From: an uncultured Candidatus Saccharibacteria bacterium
GTDB lineage: Bacteria; Patescibacteriota; Minisyncoccia; Phycocordibacterales; Phycocordibacteraceae
NCBI GenBank assembly: GCA_964638585.1
Contig: CAZXAN010000002.1
Span: 9,291 to 73,290 of the forward strand
Length of the DNA stretch: 64,000 nucleotides
Direction of reading: 5' to 3'
How positions within the stretch are numbered: position 1 is the stretch's first letter; every line of letters starts with the position of its first letter. The position numbers and the translations under genes are program-made. The notes beneath the pieces were generated by a model. It was not told the origin of the DNA, did no database searches, and saw only the letters and a list, made by a program, of their open reading frames with translations. Positions 27,526 to 38,195 of the stretch are shown in pieces.

Positions 27526-28578
27526 ATGAAAAAGTTTTCAAAGAATGCGCTCTTCAGCAGTGATATCGCTATTGACCTCGGTACCACCAACACACTTGTT
27601 TATGTGCGAGGCAGGGGAGTCGTGATTAATGAGCCCTCGGCGGTTGCGATAAATGATAAAACGCATCAGGTAGTCGCAGTTGGCAAAGATGCTAAAACGA
27701 TGCTCGGTAAAACGCCAGGGCATATCCGCGTTGTGCGCCCACTCTCGCACGGCGTCATCTCTGACTTTGAAGTTACAGAAGAGTTGCTCACTTACTTAAT
27801 CAACAAAGCGCAAAATGGCAGAGTGAGACTCTTCGGTCCACGCGTCGTTATCGGCGTGCCGACGGGCGTGACGAACGTGCAGAGCCGTGCGGTGCGCGAC
27901 GCGGCCAAGAACGCAGGAGCTCGCGAAGCGATTATCCTTGAAGAGCCTGTGGCTGGTGCTATAGGCGCGAAACTGCCTGTACACGAAGCAGTCGGGACTA
28001 TGGTGCTAGACATAGGCGGTGGTACTACAGATATTGCCGTGATTTCTCTTAAGGGGGTTGTAGCGAGTAAGTCGTCTCACGTAGCTGGTGACCGATTCAA
28101 CGACAATATTATTGACTTTGTTCGTAGCGAGTTCAAGCTCGGTATCGGCGAGCGCACAGCCGAGGACGTGAAGATTGCGATAGGCGCCGTGATGCCTCTT
28201 ACCGAGGCTCTGTCGCGTACTGTGCGTGGCAGAGACTTTGCAACAGGGCTCCCGCGCGAGATAACTCTCACAGACGCTCACGTCCGTGAAGCGATTGCCC
28301 CCTCTCTTGATGCACTTATGGACGCGATGAAGGAAGTCATTGAAGCGACGCCTCCAGAACTGCTTTCAGACGTTTTACAACACGGCGTAACAGTCTTTGG
28401 TGGTGGGGCACTCTTGCGCGGATTACCGCAGATATTGGCGAAAATGCTCGGAGTGCCGGTGAGAGTCGCACCGGATCCGCTCACCGCAGTGGTGCGTGGC
28501 GCGGGTGTCGTGACAGAAGACCCTGCACCGTACGAAGACTTTTTTGTAGATGAAGAAGACATTCTTAACGAAGCGTAA
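27526..28578 (+). CDS. mreB: Rod shape-determining protein MreB (paralog 2)
   Basis: IDLGTTNTLVYV, DIGGGTTDIAVISL; heads the mreC-mreD-pbp2 cluster. Confidence 0.85.
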   Translation: MKKFSKNALFSSDIAIDLGTTNTLVYVRGRGVVINEPSAVAINDKTHQVVAVGKDAKTMLGKTPGHIRVVRPLSHGVISDFEVTEELLTYLINKAQNGRVRLFGPRVVIGVPTGVTNVQSRAVRDAAKNAGAREAIILEEPVAGAIGAKLPVHEAVGTMVLDIGGGTTDIAVISLKGVVASKSSHVAGDRFNDNIIDFVRSEFKLGIGERTAEDVKIAIGAVMPLTEALSRTVRGRDFATGLPREITLTDAHVREAIAPSLDALMDAMKEVIEATPPELLSDVLQHGVTVFGGGALLRGLPQILAKMLGVPVRVAPDPLTAVVRGAGVVTEDPAPYEDFFVDEEDILNEA

Positions 28579-29377
28579 CGCCCTGCTCTCTGGAGAGAGT
28601 GTATCGTGGGGCATTGTTGCTCTCGCATTTGCGATTGTTATGTTGTTGATGAGACTGCTAACGCCAAACTTGTTCTGGTATATCACAGCACCAGCATTTA
28701 GTACTGCAGGCGTGCTCACAGACAAGAGCCATATTTTTTTATCAATCTTTGGTGATAGGTCTGCACTCACAATTGAGAACGAACAACTTAGAAATGAAAA
28801 CGCAGCACTTGTTTCAGAGAATCAAGCACTTGTTAAAAGAGTTGGCGATACAATCACCTCACTTGGGATCGTTGCAAGCATCGCCTCACGACCGCCCGAG
28901 AGCCCGTACGACACTCTTATTATCTCTGCTGGGCGTGAAGATGGTGTTGTAGTAGGGATGGAAGCGTTTGGTATTGTTAATGCGCAAAAAAATATCGGCG
29001 GTATACCTATTGGAGTAGTGTCTAATGTCATGGATCGTTACTCTCGCGTTACTCTCTTTTCTTCTCCTAGATCTACATTGAATGGATGGGTGGGTAAAGA
29101 GAGCGTACCGCTTATCATTCGCGGAGAGGGGGCTGGCGCATTCAGCGCATCTGTAGCGCGCTCTGCCGAGATAAATGTATCTGATATCGTGTACGCACCA
29201 GGCCCGGGGATGTTGCCTATCGGTTCTGTTGCAAGAATTGACGGCGACTTGTCTGCTCCGTCTGTAACGTTGCGGATACAATCTTCAGTTAACATATTTT
29301 CACTCTCGTTGGTTGACTTACGCGATTCTGGCAGGATACCTTTTATCCAAGTGTCTGCCACGACAACATTGCCATGA
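28550..29377 (+). CDS. mreC: Rod shape-determining protein MreC
   Basis: N-terminal TM, coiled-coil NEQLRNENAALVSENQALV, beta-rich C-terminus; position after mreB. Confidence 0.6.
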   Translation: MKKTFLTKRNALLSGESVSWGIVALAFAIVMLLMRLLTPNLFWYITAPAFSTAGVLTDKSHIFLSIFGDRSALTIENEQLRNENAALVSENQALVKRVGDTITSLGIVASIASRPPESPYDTLIISAGREDGVVVGMEAFGIVNAQKNIGGIPIGVVSNVMDRYSRVTLFSSPRSTLNGWVGKESVPLIIRGEGAGAFSASVARSAEINVSDIVYAPGPGMLPIGSVARIDGDLSAPSVTLRIQSSVNIFSLSLVDLRDSGRIPFIQVSATTTLP

Positions 29378-29625
29378 TACGAGGCGTATTAACGATTTTT
29401 ACATTTATATCTGTCATATTATTCCCGTGGCAGTTCTCGGCTCTTCTGGCTATTGCATCTTCTATATACGTACCATTGTTGCCAGTCTCTGCTGGGATAT
29501 TTGCAGATACTCTTTATTACACTTCGCAGACGAGCTTCTTACCGATATACAGCATTTTTGGAGCCATCTTTTCTGGTATAGCAATATTCGTGCGTAACCG
29601 TCTCTCAGCTAGTATCATCAAGTAA
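29374..29625 (+). CDS. Small membrane protein, possible short MreD
   Basis: 83 aa, 2-3 TM, located between mreC and pbp2. Confidence 0.3.
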   Translation: MIRGVLTIFTFISVILFPWQFSALLAIASSIYVPLLPVSAGIFADTLYYTSQTSFLPIYSIFGAIFSGIAIFVRNRLSASIIK

Positions 29626-31334
29626 TGTTGTGGAAGAGCAAAAGGCGTAAGGATCCAGAAATCGCTCCTGACGAGATATTTCTTGATGCATCAAACACAC
29701 CCGAATTTGACAGAGACCGTTTTGAGGGCCGGCTAGAGGAGCCTCTCTCTATAGGCACCTTTGTGTCGCTAGCAATTACTTTGTCCATAATTTTTCTCAT
29801 CTTAGTAACGCGCGCATGGAATCTAGAAATCACGAATGGCTCCGAGTTTGCGATACAGAGCGCGCATAACAGTCTTGAATCCACTATTATTTTTGCTCGC
29901 AGAGGAGTCATTACAGACGTTAATGGCATAGTTCTTGCAGAAAACGTGCAAAAAGATGAAGGGCTGTCCGGTCAAGATATTACAGAACGCAGGTACTCTC
30001 TGCCAGCTCTCGGTCAGATCATTGGCTATGTGTCGCTTCCTAAGAAAGATGCAAAAGGCATTTATTACGATACTAAACAAACTGGGCTAGCCGGTCTTGA
30101 AGTAGAATACGATAATGTTCTTGCGGGTAAAAACGGAGAGATCCTTACTGAAAAAGACGTGTCAGGCCGTGTCCGCTCAGAGGGTAATATTGTGATGCCA
30201 GAAGACGGTAAGCCACTGCGTCTATCAATAGACGCAAATCTTGAGAAGGCATTTGCGCGAGCGATAAGCGACGCGGTAGAGAGCCAAAACTTTATTGCCG
30301 GTGCCGGAGTCATAATGTCTGTAGATAGTGGTGCCGTGCGTGCGATAGTCTCTTACCCCTCTTACGACCCAAATGTGATGAGTAGTGGAGGACCGTCTGA
30401 GACAATAGCCAAATATTCTACGGACAAGGGCCACCCATTTCTTGACCACACTGTACAGGGGGTGTACGCGCCAGGCTCTATTGTGAAGCCGTTTATAGCG
30501 TCAGGCGCTCTGACAGACGGCATTATCACGCCTAACACAGTCATTAATGACCCAGGTTTTATATCAATCCCAGATCCATATCGCCCAGGTGAAAAGTTCG
30601 TCTACACAGGATGGAAGGTGCTTGGCCCTGTGGACGTGAGGAAGGCGATTGCGTGGTCGTCTGACATTTTCTTCTACACAGTTGGCGGTGGCTTCGGGAA
30701 TCAAAAAGGTTTAGGAATAGATAGGCTTGGATATTGGTATAAACAATTTGGATTAGGTAGCAAGACTGGCATTGACTTGCCAAACGAAGTCTCTGGGCTA
30801 GTGCCAAGCCCATCTTGGAAGAAGGCTACATTTAAAGAGTCATGGTATACGGGCGACACCTACTTCACTGCGATAGGACAGTATGGGACGCAGGTGACTC
30901 CGATACAGATGGTGCGTGCGACCTCGGCGATTGCCAACGGCGGTAAACTATTTACCCCGAACATGATTGAGGGGTTTACGCCAATCTACACAACAGTTCC
31001 TGTGAGTTCAGACGCATTAAAAGTTGCGCGAGAGGGGATGCGACAAGCAGTGACAGATGGAACTGCTGGAGCCATTAATCTTTCGTATATAAAAGTTGCA
31101 GCGAAGACTGGCACAGCGCAGACAGGCACGCGCAATCAATATAACAACTCGTTGATTGAAGGATTCTTCCCATATGAGAATCCCAAATATGCTTTCGTTG
31201 TTGTTCTTGAGAGAGGCCCAGCCAGCGCCGGCGGGCAAGCGACAAACGTAATGCGCCAATTTTTTGACTCTCTATATGCCCAAAATTCTCCGTATGTTGG
31301 TGGCAATGCTACTACAACGCAAGCCCAGTACTAA
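29625..31334 (+). CDS. mrdA: Penicillin-binding protein 2 (elongation transpeptidase)
   Basis: SIVKPF (SxxK), SSD, KTGTAQ motifs; N-terminal TM. Confidence 0.8.
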   Translation: MLWKSKRRKDPEIAPDEIFLDASNTPEFDRDRFEGRLEEPLSIGTFVSLAITLSIIFLILVTRAWNLEITNGSEFAIQSAHNSLESTIIFARRGVITDVNGIVLAENVQKDEGLSGQDITERRYSLPALGQIIGYVSLPKKDAKGIYYDTKQTGLAGLEVEYDNVLAGKNGEILTEKDVSGRVRSEGNIVMPEDGKPLRLSIDANLEKAFARAISDAVESQNFIAGAGVIMSVDSGAVRAIVSYPSYDPNVMSSGGPSETIAKYSTDKGHPFLDHTVQGVYAPGSIVKPFIASGALTDGIITPNTVINDPGFISIPDPYRPGEKFVYTGWKVLGPVDVRKAIAWSSDIFFYTVGGGFGNQKGLGIDRLGYWYKQFGLGSKTGIDLPNEVSGLVPSPSWKKATFKESWYTGDTYFTAIGQYGTQVTPIQMVRATSAIANGGKLFTPNMIEGFTPIYTTVPVSSDALKVAREGMRQAVTDGTAGAINLSYIKVAAKTGTAQTGTRNQYNNSLIEGFFPYENPKYAFVVVLERGPASAGGQATNVMRQFFDSLYAQNSPYVGGNATTTQAQY

Positions 31335-31390
31335 AAATTTTAGTGCTGGGCTTGCGCAATAACTGTGTTCGCGTACAATGCCTGCACTAC

Positions 31391-31864
31391 ATGACTGATA
31401 TACCTGAGAGCGTTGTCTCGCAAGAAAAATTTGACGAGATGGTTAAAGAGCTGGAGCACCTTAAGACGGTGCGACGTACTGAGATTGCCAAGAATCTGGA
31501 ATACGCTCGCTCGCTCGGTGACTTGTCAGAGAATGCTGAATATCAAGAGGCGCGCGACTTGCAGTCTGCTACAGAAGAGCGAATCAAGAAGCTTGAAGAG
31601 CTGGTCAAGAACACTAAGATTATTACTGACAACAAGAAGAAGAGCGAAGTCGGTTTTAATTCAGTAGTTTCTATAAAAAAAGATGACAGTGACACTCTGC
31701 ACGAATACACGATCGTGGGCTCTGAAGAGGCAGATATGAGAGTTAAAAAGCTCTCGCACATGTCGCCACTCGGCTCGGCACTTATGGGCAAGAAGAAGGG
31801 TGACGTATTCACATTTGAGACACCGGCCGGCAAGCAGACGTACACTATTGAGAAGGTTAGTTAA
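31391..31864 (+). CDS. greA: Transcription elongation factor GreA
   Basis: KFDEMVKELEHLKTVRRTEIAKNLEYARSLGDLSENAEYQEARD; start at ATG 31391. Confidence 0.85.
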   Translation: MTDIPESVVSQEKFDEMVKELEHLKTVRRTEIAKNLEYARSLGDLSENAEYQEARDLQSATEERIKKLEELVKNTKIITDNKKKSEVGFNSVVSIKKDDSDTLHEYTIVGSEEADMRVKKLSHMSPLGSALMGKKKGDVFTFETPAGKQTYTIEKVS

Positions 31865-31882
31865 AAAAGTGGTGGTATAGTA

Positions 31883-33352
31883 GTGGGTATGGCATTGATA
31901 GAAACCGTGAGAGCAGAGAGGCTGGCGAAGATTGAGAAGCTGAAAGAAGCGGGGATGGAGGCGTATCCAGCCAAGTCTCTGCGCACATACACGATTGACC
32001 AATTCTTAGAGAATCACGAGACTTTGTTAAAAAATAGCGAAGAAGTTATTCTCGCCGGCAGAGTGATGTCTATCCGCGAGCATGGCGGTTCGCTCTTTGT
32101 AGATATCTTTGACGGCACTGTTAAGGCGCAGGCATATTTCCAGAAAGAGAATCTCGCCGAAAATGTATTTGATAATTTTTTATCTCTTGTTGACACGGGC
32201 GACATTATTGAGGTGGGTGGTGTGGCGTTTGTTACAAAACGTGGGATGCCATCGCTCCTAGGCAATAGCTGGCGCATGCTCGCCAAGTCGCTCGCACCTG
32301 TGCCAGACCAATGGTTCGGGATTAAAGACGAGGACGAGAGATTTCGTAAACGTTATTTAGATATTCTGCTTACAAAAGACTTGGCAGACAGAATCAGGCG
32401 TCGTTCTATTTTTTGGAACAGTATCCGACAGTTTTTGTTAGAGAGGAACTTTGTTGAAGTAGAGACTCCAGTGTTAGAGACTACTACTGGAGGCGCCGAT
32501 GCGCGGCCATTTGTTACGCACCACAATGCTTTAGATATAGACGTGTATTTGCGCATCTCGGCAGGCGAGCTGTGGCAGAAGCGCCTTATGGTCGCCGGAT
32601 TACCAAAAGTTTTTGAGATCGGTAGGATATTTAGGAACGAGGGGATGTCTGCCGAACACGCACAAGACTACACGCAAGTAGAGTTCTATGAAGCGTTTAA
32701 GGATTATGAAGCGGGGATGGAGATGGTAACTGATTTATATAGAACAGTTGCTGACAAGGTATACGGCACGCGCGTTTTCAAGATAAAAGATTTTAATATT
32801 GACCTAGATGCAGAGTGGCAGAGATACGACTTCTGCGAGCTTATTAAAAAAGAATTCAACATTGATCCACTTACTACAACAGCAGAAGAAGTGCGAGTTG
32901 TCCTTGATGATAAAAAAATAAAATATGAAGAAAAAGGGCTTAATCTAGAGCGAGGTGTAGACACGATGTGGAAGCAGATTAGGAGGACTCTTGGTGGCCC
33001 AGGGTTCTTAATCGGCGTGCCAGTCTACTTAGAGACTCTTGCTAAGAAGAGCAGTAGTGACCCAAGAGTTGTAGAGAGATTCCAAGTTATTCTGGGCGGG
33101 TCAGAGATAGGCAAGGGCTTTAGCGAGCTCAACGACCCTGTTGACCAAGCAGATAGATTCAAGCATCAACAGGCTCTGCGTGAGGCTGGCGACGAAGAGG
33201 CGCAGATGAATGACGCCTCGTATGTAGAGGCGCTTGAATACGGCATGCCACCCGCACTCGGCTTTGGCGTCTCTGAACGCCTCTTCTCATTTCTTGAAGG
33301 TGTCTCTATTCGCGAGGCGCAAATCTTCCCACTCCTCCGCCCCCGCGATTAA
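31883..33352 (+). CDS. lysS: Lysyl-tRNA synthetase, class II
   Basis: OB-fold N-domain, class II motifs (FRNEGMSAEHAQDYTQVEFY, GGSEIGKGFSELNDP). Confidence 0.85.
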   Translation: MGMALIETVRAERLAKIEKLKEAGMEAYPAKSLRTYTIDQFLENHETLLKNSEEVILAGRVMSIREHGGSLFVDIFDGTVKAQAYFQKENLAENVFDNFLSLVDTGDIIEVGGVAFVTKRGMPSLLGNSWRMLAKSLAPVPDQWFGIKDEDERFRKRYLDILLTKDLADRIRRRSIFWNSIRQFLLERNFVEVETPVLETTTGGADARPFVTHHNALDIDVYLRISAGELWQKRLMVAGLPKVFEIGRIFRNEGMSAEHAQDYTQVEFYEAFKDYEAGMEMVTDLYRTVADKVYGTRVFKIKDFNIDLDAEWQRYDFCELIKKEFNIDPLTTTAEEVRVVLDDKKIKYEEKGLNLERGVDTMWKQIRRTLGGPGFLIGVPVYLETLAKKSSSDPRVVERFQVILGGSEIGKGFSELNDPVDQADRFKHQQALREAGDEEAQMNDASYVEALEYGMPPALGFGVSERLFSFLEGVSIREAQIFPLLRPRD

Positions 33353-33403
33353 CTGATTACTCACTTGGCGGCGAGACACCCAAGTGGGTGTGCATAACGT
33401 GAG

Positions 33404-36400
33404 TTGTGGTGGGCGAGGAGCAGTATATTGAGAATAATGCGTGTTAGATACGTTGCGTTATTTTTTGTAAGTATCGTACTTGTGTGGAGTGCACTACCAC
33501 CTCTGACCCAAGCCTCGTCGCTATTTAACATAAGTAGAACGAAATTCATATCTCTTCCGTTTATCCCAAACACATATGGTGTTCCGTATCAGACCGCACT
33601 TCGCGCAGGTGACAGTCCTATGCTACAAGTTGGTGTACGCAGTGCATATATTGCAGAATATAGTGTTTCGGTTGACCTGTCACAACTTGGCATATCAGAT
33701 TCTAGTGTCTTACCAGTTTGGCGTAGTAGCCCAGACGCCGACTCCACTTATTTTTATCATATAGGGCCGTTCACTATAGGTCCGGACATTTCGGACGGAA
33801 TAAAAACAGTTTTTGCAACTGCGATAGACACAGACGGCCGTATCGCCACGTCTACTGCACACATCACAGTTGATAATGTGAAGCCGATCATCTCACTTTC
33901 TAGCGTCACATTCGCTACTACGTCGCTGCAAGGTGGAGATTATGTGTTTGTCTCGGGCATAGTAGACGGGACAGGTAGCGCAGTTGCTCCAGCTAGAGCA
34001 TCGGTGACTCTTCTTAATGCTAATTATCAACAAATAGATGTATTCGGATCAACGCAATACATACTAGATCTTGCCGCGGCATTCGCCTCTTCAACCGATG
34101 GACATTTTTCAAATGCACCTCTACTCCTTTTTAAAATTGGCACTCCAGACGAGGTAACGACTGCCACTTACTTAAAAATTGATACGTCGGTCTATGACGA
34201 GGCTGGCAACGTCGCCACATCAAGTTTGACAGTAGCTCTCCCGAAACCAGTTCCGCCCGATCCATGCGTCGCGCTCGGTAACTGCGCCTCAAATGTTTTA
34301 TTTTTGCCCGGCATAGAATCTAGTCGGCTGTATAGGCCCGATTACAACCTCGGTACCGACCAGCTCTGGGAGCCAAATATAGACGGTGATGTACAGGACT
34401 TATATATGAACCCAGACGGCACAAGCGTGCGTAATGATGTGTATACCAAGAAGAGAGACGTGATAGACGAGTTACCAAGCGGGGCGAACATTTATAAATC
34501 GTTTATTGCGAAAATGGATGATTTAAAAACAAGTGGCACCATCAGAGATTGGGAGCCGATTGCGTATGACTGGCGTCTATCGCTAGACGATATCCTTAAC
34601 TACGGCAACGACGTGCAAGGCAGGATTTATTATTCGGGCGACTTGCGCGCCACGAGTACTCCGTATGTTATTCAAGAATTGAGACGCCTAGCTGGCGCAT
34701 CAAAGACAGGTAAGGTGACTATCGTCGCGCACAGTAACGGCGGGCTCCTCGCTAAGAGGTTAACAGAGCTACTTGGCCCTACAGAGTCTGCACGACTTAT
34801 TGATAAAATGATTTTTGTCGCTGTACCGCAGGCTGGAACGCCGATGGCTATACCGGCCGGCCTGCACGGATATAAGCAAGACCATGTCTTGGGCATTGTC
34901 ACTTCTAAATCAACTGCGCGCACATTTGCCAAGAACTCGCCGATGGAGTATCAGCTTTTACCATCAGCGAGTTACTTCACTTATGTAGACGATCCTGTCG
35001 TTACGTTTGACGCATCGCTCACAGATTGGATATCGCGTTATGGAGCGACGATTCACTCGCAGAGCAGTCTACGCACGTTCCTCACCGACACGTACGGCAG
35101 AGTAGATGCACAGACTGGTGACATTAATCAGCCGATACAATTTAGCAGTTCGCTTCTCACAGGTGCAGAAACGCTTCACGCTAGCCTAGACAACTGGACT
35201 GCACCTGCTGGTGTTGATGTAATACAAATCGCCGGTTGGGGAGTGCCGAAGACTGTCGGGGGGATTACGTATAAGAAAAAGGGTACGTGGGTAACTCCAG
35301 AGGCCAACTTCACAATTGACGGCGACGGCACCGTCGTCGTCCCGAGCGCGCTCTGGACTAGCACAACTACTGGCGCGACGAATTATTGGGTGGATTTAAA
35401 GTCTTACAATACATTGGCAAACAGAATTTTAGGATTACGTTTGAAAACCGGTCACGCTTCTATTTTGGAAGTTCCAGAGCTTTTGACTTTTATTGCTGAT
35501 GATCTTCTATCACACAGTATTGACTCTCTCCCTCAGTATATTTCAACATCAATTCCTCCATCCGATCCGCATGATATTCGCCTCCGATACGCACTACATT
35601 CGCCACTCACTCTAAATCTATATGACAACGAAGGCCGTCATACCGGAGTCTCCACGACTACAGGACAGATAGAAGAGCAGATACCTGGTACCTACTACGC
35701 CGAGTTTGGCGATGTTAAATACATATTCTCTGATGCTGACACTTCTGCGAGTGTAATAATGAATGGCTACGATACGGGCACGTTCACCTTTAATGTTGAC
35801 CAATACTCTGGAGACACAGTTACCGCGAGTACAACATTTAAAGACATCCCTACAACTGCTAGCACTGCAGTATCTCTAGACGTGCAGTCTGACATCTCTA
35901 CGCTCTCGCCAATGCAGATAGACGAGGACGGCGATGGCATTATAGACGTAACTTTATCGCCAAGGTTAAACGACATCGTCACTCTAGATACCACTCCGCC
36001 CGAGCTCCAGCTCACATTTAGCACGTCTACTAGGTCAATTGCATTTATCGGTACAGACGATAGCGGAACTGTCGTAATCACATCAACAACTACATATCCT
36101 GTTCTAAAAAAGAATCAAAAAGAAAAAGAAGAGAGGGAGCGTAAGGGTATCGCGACTACTACTGTGACCGTTACAGACGAGGCTGGCAACACAACGGCTC
36201 TAGTCTATACAGAACAGCTACCATCGCCAGAGAAGCGCGATACGATTACTCTACGAGCGCTTTCATATGGTTCGACAGGCTCACCACAGGTAACATCGCT
36301 ACTACAGGCAGTAGTTTCGTATAAATGGCGAATTAATAAAAACGGCTCGTTCAATATATTTGCATCAAATTTGCGCAACGCTTCTACCACGCTTGAATCA

Positions 36401-36568
36401 CACTATCGACCGAAGAAGAATAAGACGCTCATTATGACCAAACCGCAAGAGCTTGATGACCGTGAAGAAGATGATGACGCAGATATGCGACCAACTAGGC
36501 AGACACTGCCAGGGATGGTGATACCATATATAGTGACAAAAGATAGAAACTTAATTATTAATTATTAA
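33404..36568 (+). CDS. Large secreted/surface protein with alpha/beta-hydrolase (PGAP1/LCAT-like lipase) domain and beta-rich repeats
   Basis: Signal/TM at Met 33437; GxSxG-type nucleophile motif VAHSNGGLLAKRL in a lipase-like context; 1054 aa, Thr/Ser-rich. Confidence 0.5.
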   Translation: MWWARSSILRIMRVRYVALFFVSIVLVWSALPPLTQASSLFNISRTKFISLPFIPNTYGVPYQTALRAGDSPMLQVGVRSAYIAEYSVSVDLSQLGISDSSVLPVWRSSPDADSTYFYHIGPFTIGPDISDGIKTVFATAIDTDGRIATSTAHITVDNVKPIISLSSVTFATTSLQGGDYVFVSGIVDGTGSAVAPARASVTLLNANYQQIDVFGSTQYILDLAAAFASSTDGHFSNAPLLLFKIGTPDEVTTATYLKIDTSVYDEAGNVATSSLTVALPKPVPPDPCVALGNCASNVLFLPGIESSRLYRPDYNLGTDQLWEPNIDGDVQDLYMNPDGTSVRNDVYTKKRDVIDELPSGANIYKSFIAKMDDLKTSGTIRDWEPIAYDWRLSLDDILNYGNDVQGRIYYSGDLRATSTPYVIQELRRLAGASKTGKVTIVAHSNGGLLAKRLTELLGPTESARLIDKMIFVAVPQAGTPMAIPAGLHGYKQDHVLGIVTSKSTARTFAKNSPMEYQLLPSASYFTYVDDPVVTFDASLTDWISRYGATIHSQSSLRTFLTDTYGRVDAQTGDINQPIQFSSSLLTGAETLHASLDNWTAPAGVDVIQIAGWGVPKTVGGITYKKKGTWVTPEANFTIDGDGTVVVPSALWTSTTTGATNYWVDLKSYNTLANRILGLRLKTGHASILEVPELLTFIADDLLSHSIDSLPQYISTSIPPSDPHDIRLRYALHSPLTLNLYDNEGRHTGVSTTTGQIEEQIPGTYYAEFGDVKYIFSDADTSASVIMNGYDTGTFTFNVDQYSGDTVTASTTFKDIPTTASTAVSLDVQSDISTLSPMQIDEDGDGIIDVTLSPRLNDIVTLDTTPPELQLTFSTSTRSIAFIGTDDSGTVVITSTTTYPVLKKNQKEKEERERKGIATTTVTVTDEAGNTTALVYTEQLPSPEKRDTITLRALSYGSTGSPQVTSLLQAVVSYKWRINKNGSFNIFASNLRNASTTLESHYRPKKNKTLIMTKPQELDDREEDDDADMRPTRQTLPGMVIPYIVTKDRNLIINY

Positions 36569-36574
36569 ATTTTT

Positions 36575-37006
36575 ATGTGTAACAAAAAAAATACACTAAT
36601 CGTTTCGTTGGTTGGAGTTTTACTTTTTGTTCTGTTTCTTTTTGCTAAAAATCTTGGACTCTGTGCTTTTATTAACTCTTCCTGTACAGAAACATTTGAC
36701 CCAATCGCCGAAAATATTTCCGTCTTCATTCCGCTATTTATCCTATCCATCGTCACCTACAAAATGCGTGACGAGGTGTACCACGCGTGGCTAAGGTTCG
36801 CACAGTGGTGGATACCCCTCTCTATTCTCGCCATATTTCTCGCGCCCGAATATAGCTCCGACTGGATGTTTCCAGTTGAGAAGGGTACGGTAGCATTTTT
36901 CTCATCGCTCCTCTTCGTCATCATCTCTCTCCTCATCATCGCGTGGAAGTACCTCTCGCCACGCGCCAAATACAAAGACGACTTCAAAGAGGGCAGTCGC
37001 ACCTAG
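36575..37006 (+). CDS. Hypothetical 4-TM membrane protein
   Basis: Hydrophobic helices, no motif. Confidence 0.35.
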   Translation: MCNKKNTLIVSLVGVLLFVLFLFAKNLGLCAFINSSCTETFDPIAENISVFIPLFILSIVTYKMRDEVYHAWLRFAQWWIPLSILAIFLAPEYSSDWMFPVEKGTVAFFSSLLFVIISLLIIAWKYLSPRAKYKDDFKEGSRT

Positions 37007-37007
37007 C

Positions 37008-37403
37008 ATGGATACCTATACTTCATACGCAACGTTGATCAAGCCGTGGTGGAGCCCGCCGGCATGGGTCTTTGGCCCCGTGTGGACTATTCTCTACGCG
37101 ATTATCGCGGTCACCTACGGAACAGTATTTTATAAAGCGTTTACAGGAGAGCTACCGTGGAAGGTCGCTCTGCCGTTCGCGCTTAACCTCGTCTTTAACT
37201 TCGCCTTTACCTATTTCCAGTTTGGTCTAAAAAATAATTACCTCGCCGCCGCCGACATCCTTCTAGTGCTCGCTACCCTCATCTGGGCGCTCTTTGTCAT
37301 CTACCCATACATAAAATGGGTCGCCCTCGCCAACCTCCCGTACCTCCTCTGGGTCTCATTCGCCACCGCGGTTCAATTAACTATCACCTATCTAAATAGG
37401 TGA
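37008..37403 (+). CDS. tspO: TspO/MBR (translocator protein) family membrane protein
   Basis: PWWSPPAWVFGPVWTILYAIIA N-terminal signature, Trp-rich 5-TM. Confidence 0.6.
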   Translation: MDTYTSYATLIKPWWSPPAWVFGPVWTILYAIIAVTYGTVFYKAFTGELPWKVALPFALNLVFNFAFTYFQFGLKNNYLAAADILLVLATLIWALFVIYPYIKWVALANLPYLLWVSFATAVQLTITYLNR

Positions 37404-37669
37404 CGATAGGTCTAATTATAATTTTTATGGAACCAGAAATAAAAAAAGAAAATTGTGGGAGTTGTGAAGGGAAGTGCTGTGGGAAGCATAAGTGGCACAA
37501 ACACGGTCATCAGTCATCCGGCGCGCTCTACTGTCTAGGTGTCATCGGCGCGGCTGTTTATTATATTCAGCTCGCACCGACCTTCTGGGCCGGATTCATC
37601 GGCGTCCTTAAGGCTCTCGTCTGGCCCGCCTTCCTCGTGTACAACCTGCTCGGCTATCTGGGGATGTAG
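37400..37669 (+). CDS. Small membrane protein with Cys/His-rich N-terminus
   Basis: CGSCEGKCCGKHKWHKHGH followed by two TM helices. Confidence 0.3.
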   Translation: MTIGLIIIFMEPEIKKENCGSCEGKCCGKHKWHKHGHQSSGALYCLGVIGAAVYYIQLAPTFWAGFIGVLKALVWPAFLVYNLLGYLGM

Positions 37670-37698
37670 CACCGCTCGAAATAGCCAAATAATCCCAG

Positions 37699-37733
37699 CC
37701 CGCGGAGAGCTCGCTCTCCGCGGGTTCTTTGTT
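37699..37733 (+). terminator. Hairpin CCCGCGGAGAG-ctcg-CTCTCCGCGGG + TTCTTTGTT
   Basis: 11-bp perfect stem plus T-rich tail; near-identical module at 38233-38275. Confidence 0.6.
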
Positions 37734-37744
37734 AATGAATGAGA

Positions 37745-37772
37745 TTGACAATACTGTTGGAGTGTGTATAAT
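37745..37772 (+). promoter_or_regulatory. Consensus sigma70-type promoter TTGACA-16nt-TGTG-TATAAT, followed by AGGAG RBS at 37804
   Basis: Exact -35 and -10 hexamers with extended -10 TG; drives 37815-38087. Confidence 0.6.
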
Positions 37773-37814
37773 AGAGAGGCTCGTCAATTGGCGAGTTAAC
37801 AGAAGGAGTTTGTC

Positions 37815-38087
37815 ATGAAAATGACGAAGGAAAGGATGGGCGAAATCGCCCTTGCATTGCTCATGGCCAAGTGGGACGCCGATGGTGGACTGAAAATTGG
37901 GACTCAATGGCCACGCACGCGTGGTCAACTGTCAAAAGACACAGGCATCTCCAACGATGAGCTTGATGTATTTTCAAAGGCGGTGCTCGTTCGCATGATC
38001 GGCAAGGCCTATGGGATGCAACACGTCGGTTTGACGATGGACGGTCCCATCAAGCCGCAGCCCGACGTGGAAGTCATCCAACTGTAG
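37815..38087 (+). CDS. Hypothetical small protein at left edge of defense island
   Basis: 90 aa, strong promoter and RBS, flanked by terminators. Confidence 0.45.
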   Translation: MKMTKERMGEIALALLMAKWDADGGLKIGTQWPRTRGQLSKDTGISNDELDVFSKAVLVRMIGKAYGMQHVGLTMDGPIKPQPDVEVIQL

Positions 38088-38195
38088 TACTTTCAAATAC
38101 CGATCCTGGTGGAGCTTTGGCTCCTTAAACGGGTAATTGCTCCTCTCTCCTCGTGAGACATTGGGCAGAACAAGAACCGTTCCCTCATCGGTACG

